Assembly: GCF_028641065.1 (NCBI RefSeq)
Contig: NC_073383.1
Span: forward strand, 21,700,001 to 21,764,000
DNA from: Leucoraja erinacea
Lineage: Eukaryota
DNA length: 64,000 bases
Reading direction: 5' to 3'
Part shown: positions 24,601 to 37,854 of the stretch, one piece after another
How the letters are laid out: the number at the start of each line of letters is the position of its first letter
How positions within the stretch are numbered: position 1 is the first letter of the stretch
Translations under genes and position numbers: made by a program
Notes under the pieces: generated by a model
The model's database searches: none
Seen by the model: the letters and a program-made list of their open reading frames with translations, nothing else
Told to the model about the DNA's origin: nothing

Positions 24601-27600
24601 GAAAGGCATAAATCACGGAAGACTGCAGCCTGACGATAAGCTAGAGACAACAAATTATTGTGATTTACGATCTAAGTTTGCTTGTGACAGTTTGAAAAGT
24701 TCCCTGGGTTTCTGTGCCTTTTTATTTCGTTTTCATTTTACCTAAAACTGCCGAATCAGCTAAAATACAGCCACAAGACAAATCTGAGACTGCTCTGGTT
24801 TGCCCGATCTGACCTTTCTCAAATGGTGCACTTTCGTGAAACAGCAAATATGTTCCTTAAAATCGACTTTCCTTGCTACAAAATCATTTTTCTGATCTAC
24901 GACTGAAATGGAAGCAATGCACGTTTGTATCAGAATTTCATACAATTTGGAAATAACTATATGCCCTTCTGATGCCGGGATTATGCAAACTTACTGCTAA
25001 AGGTTGCATTTTATCAAACGATTGCTTACCTGTGTGTCAATTTATCATATATCTGTGCTTCCCAAACATAATCTGTTACCCTGCAGCTGCGAATAATATC
25101 CTCTGCCGTTTGTCTGCAGACAATGCTGTCTTAAACTAGATCTTGCAGCTTTACAGACATTTCGATACGAAAAGCAGACTGTATTCCCGATAGAAATGGC
25201 TTCAGTCTCAGAAACAACTACCAATAAAAACGGCGTACAGAGGTGTTTTTGCTTTAAATCTAAATCGAGATTTCATAATCGAGCAATCAACGAGAAAGTG
25301 GTCTTTACAAACCGGTATGTATTCCTTTTAAAATGTTGCCTTTTATGAATTTTATAGTACAACGGATACCTTTTATAATCAGAAAATATAGGCGCTGCCT
25401 TAAAATACAGGCATGTTTGTTCACGTGATCTGTGTTACCAGATTGTTCTGATTGAGCCAGTAACTTAAGCCAGCGTTACCTCACCAGCATCTCTTTAATA
25501 TGGATAGTTAGGAGCTTTGAGTCACTTCTTCCATGAACACTAATGGGAAGTTAAATGAAAAAATGATATTCTGACCCTTACTTGAAAAAGGATAGTATAG
25601 TTAGACTTCACTGGCATCGTTTTTCCGAGCACGTTTACCAAAGTGAACAATAGATTTGTGTGTTATTGCTATTTCGCCGTCTCGGGGGCTATATATTGTA
25701 CATTATTATTCCTTCTCGGTGCATTTAGCTAATTATTGCATGGCTTTCTTCAACTATAAAAAGAAGGATTTTTTTTGTCGGATCAGATTTCGTAAATAAA
25801 TGTAATCGGGGCAAAGCATTGACATAAATGACTTGTCTCAGTGTGAAATATTTCTGATATTTTTAAAGCGCTATTTACAAATTGATCTCAAGACATAAGC
25901 ATGGAATGATAAATTCAGCAATGGCGGCAAAATAAGCTAACGTTTGGACAAGTATTGTGAAGTGTTCACAACAGTCCGGGGAAGCAATAGGGATTTCCTA
26001 TTTGTCCGGGATAGGCAATGAAGCGGTTAAGAAGATACTTACAAATATAAAACTACGAATAGATAAGATTTTCTCGTTCATTCTCAGCTACTTTCTTTCC
26101 GGGGAGGACAAATTAATCATCGTTCTGAACTAGAGATTTATATGGTTGAAATTGATGGCGGTAGAACAAGAACTAATGCGGGGAATTTTCCCTTTCTCTT
26201 TCAGGCGAGGCATTTTAAACCACAGGAGCCGGTGGGAACTGAGCGCTGGAAATGATTCATTCAGCTTCTGATCTTATTTTGTATTTTCCCTCCTGCAATT
26301 GTTTTGTTGAATGATAATGTTTTTAGTTCTGCAATATTAATTTTCAGTTGCATTTTGTCGAACTGCTTAATATTTCTGTTAAATGCTATGCGAAACTATT
26401 TTAACCTCTAAAACATTTGTCTGTAATGTAATCGCAATAAAAAACATTTCTATTGACAGTAATGCATGACCTTATTGCACCTTGCGCTGGCTTAACGCAA
26501 CATTTATCTAAATTACTTTACCCTCGGTGGCTCTATATGGTCGTTATAGAAATATTGCTTAGCAATTACGGCATTATAAATTATTTAAAAGGGAAATAAA
26601 ACGGTTACATCTCACTGTTTAGCTAAATAATCACTTTCCTCCACCAAAACTGTGCTGAGCAAGTTCCATTCTTTATCTTCTGACCACCGTTCATAAAATG
26701 AAGACTATGCTATGTGAATTTGTAAAGAGAATTAAACCTTAATACCGTTAAAAAAAACACTTGGGTCTTGGGAAATAGCTCCTGTTTTATTATGTTCGAC
26801 CCCACAAATGTAAATAGACCATTTTATGCCTTCGCTGATAATTTTATGAGGAGACTTAAGAGAAAAAAACAACTAAGTGCTAATGCTTGCCACTGTGAGA
26901 ACTGGGCTTTACGAGGAATATAATCAAACGGGGGTTCGAAGACGTCTTCGATCACAGCATATGTTCATAGAGCAATAAAATGGAGAGATTTACAATCTTC
27001 GCCTGGCCTCGGCAGCCTTGCGCCCTTTCACGAATTACGACTGGTGATTTATAACAGGGTTGGAAGTTGTTGACCCTCCACACCATAATACTTTATTTCG
27101 ATTTAATGAAAAAGTTGTAATTAAACCGTTTTCATTGATTCTTGTCTGCCTGGTTCTTTGCTGGATCAGAATTTAAGGGCAGGGAATACTGAGTTGTAGT
27201 GAGTTTAAAAAAAAACACCAACTTGGCTTCACAACCGCAGATTTGTCATCGGCGAATAACTGAATTAATAGGTTATTGTTTTAATGCATAATTTATTTAA
27301 AAAGGAAACGAACGTCGACTTTACACACGTGACGACAGCACAAATTCAATTTCCAGAAGTGCGATATGACAAAACGAACGGAAGCAATAAATGCGGCGGT
27401 TCATATTGTAAAATATCTCCAATCAATTTAATAAAATCCTTTTTCAAAGACATCTGTATTTGCCACGGCAATTTATACAGTTTAATTACACCTTTAGAGC
27501 GGGGTGGAGGAACGGCGCTGTCAAAGCATGCCACTAAACCCAACAGTGTAATTTACAGTTATTGAAGAATATTTATTGGTATGTTGCGAGTACTTTCGCT

Positions 27601-29244
27601 GCTGATTATGGTGATACGGTTTGCAGATTCCTTTCCCTTTACTTCAGAGCAAGTTTAACATTTCTCCTCGGTGTTGTACCAGAAAATGTTTACTGATAAT
27701 ACCTAATTATAAAATTATTGCATGTCACTGTGTGGAAAAGACAAGCTTGGAATAAAGAGCCCAGATCAGACTTGTACATTGCTGCATCGGATTATTTATA
27801 ATATATGTAAAGCATACTTTAATGCAGTTCCACGCACTCACAGAGATTCAGAAAATCAGAACTGTGTTAATTTATCACCTTATAAAATGCACCCATGTTT
27901 GTTCTTATTCAGGGTATCAATCACTCCCATTTATTCTTTAAATGAGTCTAGCGCACAAGTATAGTTTTGTGAATACTCCTTTAGTCCACTAGTCTAAGAA
28001 ATAAATACTAATTAACTGCAAAAGCAAATCAGTAGGTTCAAAGGAAACATTTGTTTCATTTTTTAAAGCAACGCATCGACTAAAATATAAGGCACGAAAT
28101 GGCCATGAATATATTTTCTGTTGACGTAAGTACCTGCAATTGTTCTCGCTGAATCTCATTTACAGTCTTCCATTACGTCTCAAAGAACACAAAATATATG
28201 ACTCGTGGTATTCAATATCAGCTCAGGCCTCTACTCCGCTGTGTACAAATAGGCAGCAGATGCCATGACAGCCGGCATTGTTTGCAATAAAGCACAACTA
28301 AACCGTAAAATCTACGCCATTTCATGACACAAAACTACGCCTTAATAATAATCCCACCGCAGCCTTACTAATGTTTACCTCCCACCTCCAAGATATAGCA
28401 GATGCATTTTTTTGCACCTGAAGTTTATCATAGTTGCTCCAAAATGTTAAACCTAATCCGAATAGAAGGTCAGTATATCAGCCTCCTGCAACTTATGACT
28501 GTCGCCTGGTAGCACATAGTAAGAAGCAAAGGGCGCTATTCATCAAATATATATGACAGTTACATTCATTTGCTATCTTACCAGAAACAAAACTAAAATT
28601 GTTTACCTACCAAGCTTCCATTTTTCAGTTTCTGGCAACGAACTACAACAGCAAAGTCTGATAGCGGACCATTTGTATATAATATTCTTGGGATCTGTTC
28701 ACTTTTCAAGTGTGATAGAGTCCTTTGCTTGGCCGATTAATGACGACGCCGTGTTTCTTTCGGGACGTGCTGCATTAATTATTTAGTAAATCACGTGGCC
28801 GAATCAAATATAAAAGGGATACATAAAATCTTACCACCTCTCACGGACATAAGCACAAAATGCAAAAGTCTTTATCATCTGAGCAACATCAGATTGGGAA
28901 ACCTATTTTATCATTCTAAAGGGAAAGACCAACAAATATGGCTGTTTAGAAGCGATGGGCTGCATCAGCTTTGTCCCACTTTGAATGACCAGCCTATGGC
29001 ATGGTCGAATTGACTCTTTGCCTTCCTTTCAGCTGTTTCTTGTTCCAGACTAGAATCGAAGCAACCGGCGGAGTACTTATAACAATAAAAAGACATTGGA
29101 CATTCCCTGTTTTTTGGTTTGTTAAAGGTTTGTCCAATTAAACTACATTTTAAGATGTTTGCCTATTTGAGGAAGTAAACTAATCAAAGGTGGTGGAGTT
29201 TATCCATGCATTTAGCTCTTTGATGCCCATAAACACACATATAT

Positions 29245-29249
<5 letters not shown>

Positions 29250-29325
<76 letters not shown>
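29250..29325. repeat. (AT)n microsatellite
   Basis: Seen directly. Confidence 0.95.
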
Positions 29326-29328
<3 letters not shown>

Positions 29329-31123
29329 AATGCATTAAACACACCTACAGGTTATCACATAGCCACACATATATAGNNNNNNNNNNNNNNNNNNNNNNNN
29401 NNNNNNNNNNNNNNNNNNNNNNNNNNNNNNNNNNNNNNNNNNNNNNNNNNNNNNNNNNNNNNNNNNNNNNNNNNNNNNNNNNNNNNNNNNNNNNNNNNNN
29501 NNNNNNNNNCTTGTTCACGTGTACTTACATATGTACATGTATGACTGCGTATAAAAATATTTTACTGCACAGAAATATACATACATACAAACACAAGCCT
29601 TTATATAGGTTAAAATGTGGTTATGGGAGCTGTGCAGTGCAGTCATTGATATAAATATGTTATTTGATTGATTGTGATTGATATCACATCTGACGTTATG
29701 AATTTTGAATGATACAACAGTTCAGAAATCATAATGTTGTTGACTTTTATGTTCTATATGTCTTACGTTTGAGTACCAGGTATTTATCTGACAAATGGTA
29801 CAGTGAAAGAAGCTGAAATAATTAAGTCTTTGAATTTAACTCTTTTGAATTATAAATTGTAGCCAGTGCATGCACTAATATGCATGGCTGGATGGGTTAA
29901 ATATCGACAAATTACATACTTAAATGAAGGTGAGACATTATCAATTGACCTTGGTGCTGACTCCAGTTAAAAGTGAGCTACTTTTCAAGGGGTTAGGTGT
30001 TGCACGAAAGTGTAAGGATATGCTGCTTAGGGCTACACTTAACAAATATACTTAAGCATTATAGATGGTATAAAGGAAAATACCATTTATACAGCTGATT
30101 AATTACTGCTCATTTTGGGTTGCTCGCATTCATTGGATCTCAGTGTCAGTGACCAGACTGCTTTACGAAAATATTTTTAATTTCATTTTACCTGGCTGGA
30201 CCTATTGTGTTCAATTTTCATGGAGGGAGATGGGGTTTTTTTGGGTGGGGGAGGGGAATAAGTTAAGGTTTTTGGAGCGAGTTGATTATGTGATATATAT
30301 TAGCATTAACACGGATCAGTCCGAAGCACCAGCACAATAGGATGTGTGTCCACTCCGTGTCAAAAACGTGTCTTCTGTAATTAAAAATTGAATAATGACG
30401 AAATTATGCGGACTTTTATCCATTATGGGGATGCGATTGTGTTTGAGAGTAGAATTATTTGCAATGCGTGACTCTCGTTTCATTCTGGGTTTTTTTGTTT
30501 GTTTTTCTCCTATGTATTTTGTCATAGGTTTTAGGTAGTGTTAATAGACTGATTTGCTAAACTATGTTCGATGTAAATGGTATAACACGATTCCGAGTAT
30601 TTTGTGCAGGCAAGTGAATGCGCCGAGATGGCTTTTTTTTCTTCTTGCCATTCTGCACAGAAAGGACGTTCTGCTGATCTCAGATGCAATATATGCGAAA
30701 TATATGGACTGATTTCTGAACACTCGCTTTATTCTTGAAGGAAAGACAACGTGCAAGAACGCCGTGTTGAATCAAGCGAAAATTGAAACCAAATGAATCA
30801 GCTTCTTCTAAAATCCTCGTCAGGGATAATGTGGAATCAAAAGCTAAAATATCAGTTTTGTAAAGGTCTGAAGCCCAAAGGAAAGTGAAATTTGGTGGAA
30901 CCGGGCATCAAGGGCAACCCGCACTTCCATTGAATGGATGCACACTTTACCAGTTGCAGAAATTGGAATAGTTCATACGTGAGAACTTATTTCACTTTGC
31001 TTTAACTAGATCGTGTCTGTGTTAAAACTGATAGAAAAGGCAAAGGGTAGGGTTGAGTCCAAAAGGTCAAGGGTTTAGAGGTCAGTCCTCCAGGCTGAAA
31101 TACAGCTAATCGAATAGAAAATT

Positions 31124-31140
31124 TGTCCTCTTGCTGAACC
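31124..31140 (-). promoter_or_regulatory. DR5 RARE of the Hox4 3' neural enhancer
   Basis: Minus strand GGTTCA gcaag AGGACA; same half-sites and 3'-of-Hox4 position as the Hoxd4/Hoxb4 neural-enhancer RARE. Confidence 0.8.
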
Positions 31141-33564
31141 TGTTTCTACAGTTTAGCCGAACTTCAGTAAAATACCTTTTCAGCCTCTCAACATGAAGGC
31201 GTCAGAAAAGGACATCTTTGCTACGCGTGAACCGTAGGATTTTGAAATGGAAACAATGATTCAAATGGAATAGAGAATATCACTCATTTATAATATCAAG
31301 ACGTAGATATATTATAGTAATGTCATGTGCAAGTCTGAGAACTACACGGCTTACCCTATAAAGAACAAAAGAATCAAGGAATTCGCCTTTTCAAACAGAC
31401 CATGTCCAGCAAAGCCAGCTGCAAGCTTGCAGGGCAGGGAAGGGACAGGAAAACAGCGGCATCGCCAACTTTCTTTTGTTGTTGAATGCTACAAAATCTG
31501 ATTGAAGAAGAAATTCTGAGCAAATAATTTTTCTTGCTTTTGCATCTTGGCGGATATTTAGTTACTTATTAAAATTGCGGTGTGGTTGCGATGGATGGCT
31601 TGCTGAGCGCTCTTTTGGCTTGTGTCTCCTTATGGAAGAGGAGATAGCACAATAACACGAACCCTATCGGACTTTATCCCTTTGTATACATTTCTGCCAG
31701 GAGCTTCAGAAATATGAGGCAATATAGCGGAAACTCGAAATCTTTTAATATAATCCCAACGTTTCAGGTAAAATACATGAAATAACCTAAATTTAATTCA
31801 CCTATTTTGACCGCAATTGAAAACAAAATATGAGGAAATATCCTTCAATTGTACTCACAGGTCCCCTATCTTTACTTTCAAGCCTATCACAAATCACAAC
31901 TAACTACCCTTTTATGTGGAATGGTCATCCAACGATTCCATGGTTCCTCAAACACGTACATTAAATATTCCTGGAAACTCTAGGTTTAATTGATCCACTC
32001 TTTTAGTTCTAGGGTTGCAGCGTAGTCGAAGCAGCAAGTAGAAACATTAAAACATCTAGTGAGCATTTCCTGCGTAAAGCAGCGGTGACTTTATTCTGTT
32101 TAAAACATCTGGGAATCATGCTATGAATGGCTGTTTTAAGGCATTACATAAAGGAACTAAGTGCGAAATCTCGATTACATCCCAGCGTGCCACTGATTGA
32201 TATCGTGCGAATGTTGGCACGGGACACGGAATCTTATATTTCAGGAAGTTAAAACTCGTTTCATAACATTCGCTTCCGTCTAACAAGCAGAAACAAGAAT
32301 CTTCAGCCATTTGTGTTTAGGTGTAAATTCCCCAATTGAGGAGGTCCTCGGCTATTGTATTTGCCCCACTAAATCAACCACCCATGTGCCTCTGCAGATT
32401 AATAGATTGGGAAAACGAACCGGGATCTTTACAAAACAAAATATCCTCTGTGCAGCCCGTTTGCTGGTTCTAAACTGTGTACCTTGTAGTATTGTTGTTC
32501 GCTCATCCGTCCTGGAAAAAAATCGAAAGGAAACACATTCCCACTTGTAATACTAAACGTTCACAGATTGGTGTAACCAGCTTACTCATTTATCAAGCAA
32601 CAAACCGAGAAACAGAGTTTAACAAACGCCTTGAACACAAAGTACTGCTGCAATATCCCACTTAGCACTTTTATCTATCAGAAATCTCGCACGGAGCAAC
32701 TGTGTTGCTGCTGTGGGTATTTGATATTGATCACAGTTATTTTGGCACTTTGCTTTCTTACTGAAAAAGGGTGTGCAGTGCCTCTTTTCGTGCCATTTAT
32801 TCACGACAGCGTCGCAACGCCGGCTGTAGTGGTGTACAAGAACACAAACAGATACCAAAAAGGAAAACGAATCACGCGATTCATCTTGTTACTACTAATT
32901 TATTTTCGAACTTTAGTAGTGCGGACGAATTTTGGTATCATTCTTGAACATAAAAATGTATGCAATCTTGCATTGTAACAATAATCCATTCAGCAGCACA
33001 ATACAAATACCATTTTCATATTTTAAATAAGGAAACCACAAAACACTGTCTAATTCCTGATCACTATAAATCTCCAATATCAACACAATATACACAAAGA
33101 GATGGGGTCGCAAAAATACACATTACGAGCAAAATAGCCGTGGGAATAAGAAATTGCCACATCAAATCGCTGTGCCTTCATTATAAAATAAAAAAGACCA
33201 TGAGCAAGCGTCGCAGCCTTTCAATTTCATGCTAGCAGACTATACATGTACCTTCCTGGACCGTATACCTCATCATGTCTCCATGACCTAGTACCTTGCA
33301 CTTACTGAGGTTACTAAGATGTGTTGTATGGCAAGAACAACTACTTACTAGAGTCGCAGCCGTTTCTATTGGAGCTCAAGATAACATTACCCTTTTTGTC
33401 TCATTCCCTAGATTTAAGAACAAGGTGACTGTATATGATAAGGTCGCTTCAATGCCCGAAAAATAGCACCAAGAAAGCACCTACAAGCCATGTTATCGGT
33501 ACATGCAATTTCTGCTTGGAAATGTCTCATTATATACACAGAGAACCACTTATGAGGTGTTGTT

Positions 33565-33875
33565 CTATAAACTTGTGAGGTCTGTTTGTTGGTCCTTGGA
33601 AACAGTTTGTGACTGTTGACTGGAAGCAGAAGAAGAATTGGACGATCTGGTCTTAGTGTTCGGCAATTTGTGATCCTTTTTCCACTTCATTCTTCGGTTT
33701 TGAAACCAAATTTTGATCTGGCGTTCGGAAAGACACAACGTGTGGGCTATTTCAATACGACGTCGTCTTGTCAGATACCTGTTAAAATGGAACTCCTTCT
33801 CCAGTTCTAAGACCTGCTGCCTTGTGTAGGCAGTTCGTGAGCGTTTGGGTTCCCCTCCAGTGTAATTAGGATTCA
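33565..33875 (-). CDS. hoxd4: HoxD4 exon 2 (homeobox)
   Basis: [66 protein letters not shown]; acceptor ttttcag|TG at 33876/33875. Spliced CDS is 240 aa. Confidence 0.95.
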
Positions 33876-34126
33876 CTGAAAAACAAAACAATTCAAAAAA
33901 AAGGCATTCAAATCTGCAAATAAACTTTGTCAGCCGCCTCCATTCCGCAAACCTCACGCACATTGCACCCCTCCCGCGCTGGCTCGGTTAAAAAAGTCCA
34001 GATATCTATTATTGTCAAGGATCACCTTAAAGTTGTTGGTGAAACGGAGATGTAACATGTCCCTGTTACTCCTAGGCTCGAGTTTTCACATGCACCCAGC
34101 CACATGGCCAGCGGCCTATTTCCTCA

Positions 34127-34157
34127 GCAATAAAAATTTATGATGGGTGTAATTGCC
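34127..34157 (-). promoter_or_regulatory. HB1 homeodomain-binding element in the Hox4 intron
   Basis: Minus strand ggcAATTAcacccatcATAAAttTTTATTgc; clustered TAAT/TTAT sites typical of group-4 introns. Confidence 0.8.
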
Positions 34158-34335
34158 GGTGTTTTTAAAAACCGCTCATAAATCCTCCTTTGAAGGAGTT
34201 ATTTACGATAGATCGATACCAATGGTTCACAAATATTTGCTAGGGTGGCGATGGCGGAGGGGGGGGGGTGGGGGTGGTGAGGAGGGTGGGGAGGGGGGGG
34301 AGGGCGGGGGCGGGGGACTAAAAAGTGGACCTTAC

Positions 34336-34747
34336 CCGTGTTAACGTGGATTTTCTTCATCCAAGGATAAACCACCGCTGGCTGTTTGGTTGCTGTGCCG
34401 TTTTGATTCTTTGTATTGTGTTGCTGCTGGTTGCAAGGCCGGGCTATGGACACTTGGAGCGGTGCAACGGGCTCCCCCTGGGCTGAGAGGTGGTTCTGAG
34501 GAGCGGGCTGTGCCTGCACATGACCCCTCTGCTGCACCGGAGAGCCCCGAGCGTTGCTGCAGCTGTACGACTGGCCGCTGTAGTTTGACCGTGGATAGAC
34601 TCCTTGGTGCTGAAAATCAATGTCCTGCGGCTGGCTGTAATACTCTGAGCAGTGGTCAGGTATGTAGTTATTTTGCGAGTATTCCTCGCAAGGAGGAAAT
34701 TTGGGATCCACATATTTAGAATTCACCAAAAACGAACTCATGGTCAT
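34336..34747 (-). CDS. hoxd4: HoxD4 exon 1
   Basis: [25 protein letters not shown] and hexapeptide [11 protein letters not shown]; donor ACGG|gtaagg (phase 1). Confidence 0.95.
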
Positions 34748-34870
34748 TAATTTCTGAAGGTGGAAAATACTAATTTTTCTCGAGTTGTCTTTTTTCCCGT
34801 TCCATAAAGCCCTCCTACTTGCTGTCAACTGAATAAAGTTAGTCACCCATGTGACTATACGAGCCAATGA
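34748..34870 (-). promoter_or_regulatory. Conserved Hox4 5' leader / proximal element
   Basis: Minus strand actttattcagttgacagcaagtaggagggctttatgg...gaaaaattagtattttccaccttcagaaatta-ATG resembles other vertebrate Hox4 leaders; CCAAT near 34864. Confidence 0.65.
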
Positions 34871-36119
34871 CGGGGCTAGGCCCGATTCCCGGATAAGGAA
34901 ACAGCTAATGACAAATTTTACAAACTTCGTCCACAAAATCTTGATTTGAAAAATAAAATAAATTCCGCACCCTCCTTATTGTTTTTGCAGCAACCACTGA
35001 GCATTCGAGATAGTTTCCGGAAAATGCATAGAATAGCGGTTCCCATTAGGAGCGAATAATGATCATTCACTGAGCGCTCGAATATTGCTCAGGTAATTTG
35101 CTCTTTTGTTCAAAGAGAATTTTCGACCATTCCTTGTCGCTTTTCATATAAATCAAGGATAGAACAGGTATTCGGCGTGCACGCATTTCTTCTTGTTGTT
35201 TTCGCCCGAGAGCAGCATAACAATAGCGAGGGCACTTGAAGAAACGGCAGGCAACCCAACGTACGCAGGATGACAAAGGATACATCCAGTTTGCCAAATA
35301 AGATGAATAACGGAGCTGAGGGGAATAATTACAGCCATTACGGATGCACGACGGTTTTTCTGGTCAAAGTTGTTCAAAGTCAAACACGGTCTACTCCCGA
35401 TAAAGTCAGAACAAGGCATTCAGTATCACGTAGAGCACTTTACACGTGTTGCTTAAAGACATTGTAAGGTCAAAACACTTCGCTCTGAAAGTTCAATGAT
35501 TTGAAGAGTGGAAGATAAGTTTTAACCAGCTTTGTATCTGATGACTTTGCCTCACCAGCAAGCGTTTTTCCTTTAATATCTTGACAATTCGTTTTCTTCT
35601 TCTCCTCACATTTTACTACCTACTGTTTTTATTTGAAACTAACGCAGCAACGCATTTCTAACTATTTTGTTTGCAATGTGCACAGTTCGGTTTGTAAGTT
35701 TTAACCAAAGACGTGATCTGGTTCGATGCAGTTGAGATCTGGTTTAAATTGGTGTAACGCGGTGCAAAATCGAAAGCTCGTCTTTACAGATAAGTTATCT
35801 CCATTGCCATGGAAACGGATAGTATTCAGAAAGAAATACTTAAGTTTCAATAATCATACATTTCCGGAGAGGAAACACAGAAGTTAGAATCGACTGCTTT
35901 CTGGACCATGTTTACTAAATCATCACATTGTGCATCAATTTTATTTTGTATAGGGTAACCGAAATAAGCCATTTAATTCTGAGCGGGGAAATTTAAAAAC
36001 ACTGAAGAGTGGGTTTAATTTTATTTAAAGGATCATTTCAAATCATTGAGTATTACTAAAGATCTAAATCATTCTTAGTCAAAGCCACGAAGTGCAAATT
36101 GGAGATTTTCGTAGTGTTG

Positions 36120-36205
36120 GCATCGACCATATACTCCCCTAGAAACGAATCTGTGACTGAAACATCACACAAATTCGGTTCTACAGGGTATATATAGACG
36201 ACGGG
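36120..36205 (-). ncRNA. mir10b: pre-miR-10b hairpin
   Basis: Exact mature miR-10b-5p UACCCUGUAGAACCGAAUUUGUG at 36190-36168; 3p arm ACAGAUUCGUUUCUAGGGGAGU at 36154-36133; canonical position just upstream of Hox4. Confidence 0.97.
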
Positions 36206-37837
36206 TTACAAACAAATTCGGTGACCAATTACACAATGGTAAAATAGTTTAAAATACTGCAATGGATTGCGATCCCCAAGGAGTTAATGACGTGTAATAT
36301 TAATAAATAAGAAATTAAAATCAGACTCAGCTCTTGTTAAATTACGTATTGGTTTAGCCATTGAAAAAAATCTACAAGCTAATCCCTTAAATTTGGTAAA
36401 AGGAGTGAGGAAATATTTATATTTGCATTGTTTGTCAGTGGCAGCAACGTGAACCAGCGTGTGGAGCCTGTTTCGACATACAGTCTACAGGCATAAGTTA
36501 TTATTTGTTGCTATGTTTTTTGAATCCTTCGTATATCACAGAGATTTTATAGGAAACAGTTTGTAGCGATGCGCTCCAGCTCACATAACTAAGTGCCTCA
36601 GCGTGAATCAATAATTACTCCAGATGCTAATAATTTGAACTCACCACTAACAAACCGCAGGATTTGATAACAAATATAGCCCGGTCTAAACAATCGCTAA
36701 AACTAATCAAATACAATTTAAATAAGATAGCACAAATATTGGTTTATTCCAGAGCGTATTCCACCCATTGCCACTTTAACAAAATGGGAGCATCCCAGGG
36801 AAATGAAGGTTGTTTGTTCTAATTCTTAATCTTTCTCATTTCTTGGAAGCTGGTTCAAAAATGCTGCCGAGAGCAAGCTTCAAGATCTGGCTACAACTCC
36901 AGTCAATTGAGAAGCCGCATGCATGGGTAAAATATACAATTTAATCTGCCAGTTCATTAGATTCCATTTGGTTCGAATATATCTAAGGTGTTTTCTAACT
37001 CTTGTGCATTACAGGTCCCTTCCCTGGCCGGCCCCTCTGAGCCTGTAGTGCCACCACGTTGTGTGTTAAAGGCTGAAGGGCACGAGGTCAGACTGAAATC
37101 ATTGGCAAACACATCGTAAAGTTGCATTATTATTTTCGCTTTAGCTACAGCCCTAATGCATGACCTTTTCAAAGTGCGCGAGTCTTTTCGAATTAACTGT
37201 TCAACTAAGCTGAGAGCAATCCTGTTCTTGCATTTTCAGTTAAAAAGGCTCCACACGCGAGAGACAGACTGAGAACAATTGTAAAAACCACGCTAACGAA
37301 AAAGGATAAGTGCGTTCATCAGTGCAAACGCTGTGTTTAAATGTTCTGAGATGCATTGGTTAACAATGTAGCACTGAAGCTGAACTTTTTAACTGTGAAC
37401 TGTACCTTCACGAGTTTAATCCTTCGTTCTTTCTGTCCACAACAAAGGTTTAGGTTCAGCTGCGATCTGTGGCAGAACAATCTAAACTACTCTTTCATCA
37501 ATGCTCCAGTTTTTGTTTAATAACTCAATATGTTACTGTAATTATTTTACCTTTTGTAACAAAAATCCCAAGCACGTCGCTGATTTATTTACCTGCGATT
37601 TTTTTTCCATTTAGCCCAGTGATTTAGGAAAGAAAACAGCTAAACACTTTCCGACAACCAATGGCGCCAACGAAAACACCAACAGTGAATTCAGCTTTTA
37701 AAAAGGCTTTTTGCTCAGAAAATACCAGATATCATTACATCATCCGATAATCCGAAAGCCAAATCTCTTTACTGATCAAATTAACGCACATTGTGAAGCT
37801 GATTGGTGCTACACATTTTAATATTTGTTAGACGCTG

Positions 37838-37854
37838 TGACCTGCATTTCACCT
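37838..37854 (-). promoter_or_regulatory. HoxD4 5' DR5 RARE
   Basis: Minus strand AGGTGA aatgc AGGTCA, about 3.1 kb upstream of the HoxD4 ATG; matches the mammalian HOXD4 5' RARE as I recall it. Confidence 0.87.

Noticed and set aside
26936-26951. Perfect 16-bp palindrome TCGAAGACGTCTTCGA
   Set aside because: About one is expected by chance in 64 kb (64000/4^8); no supporting context.
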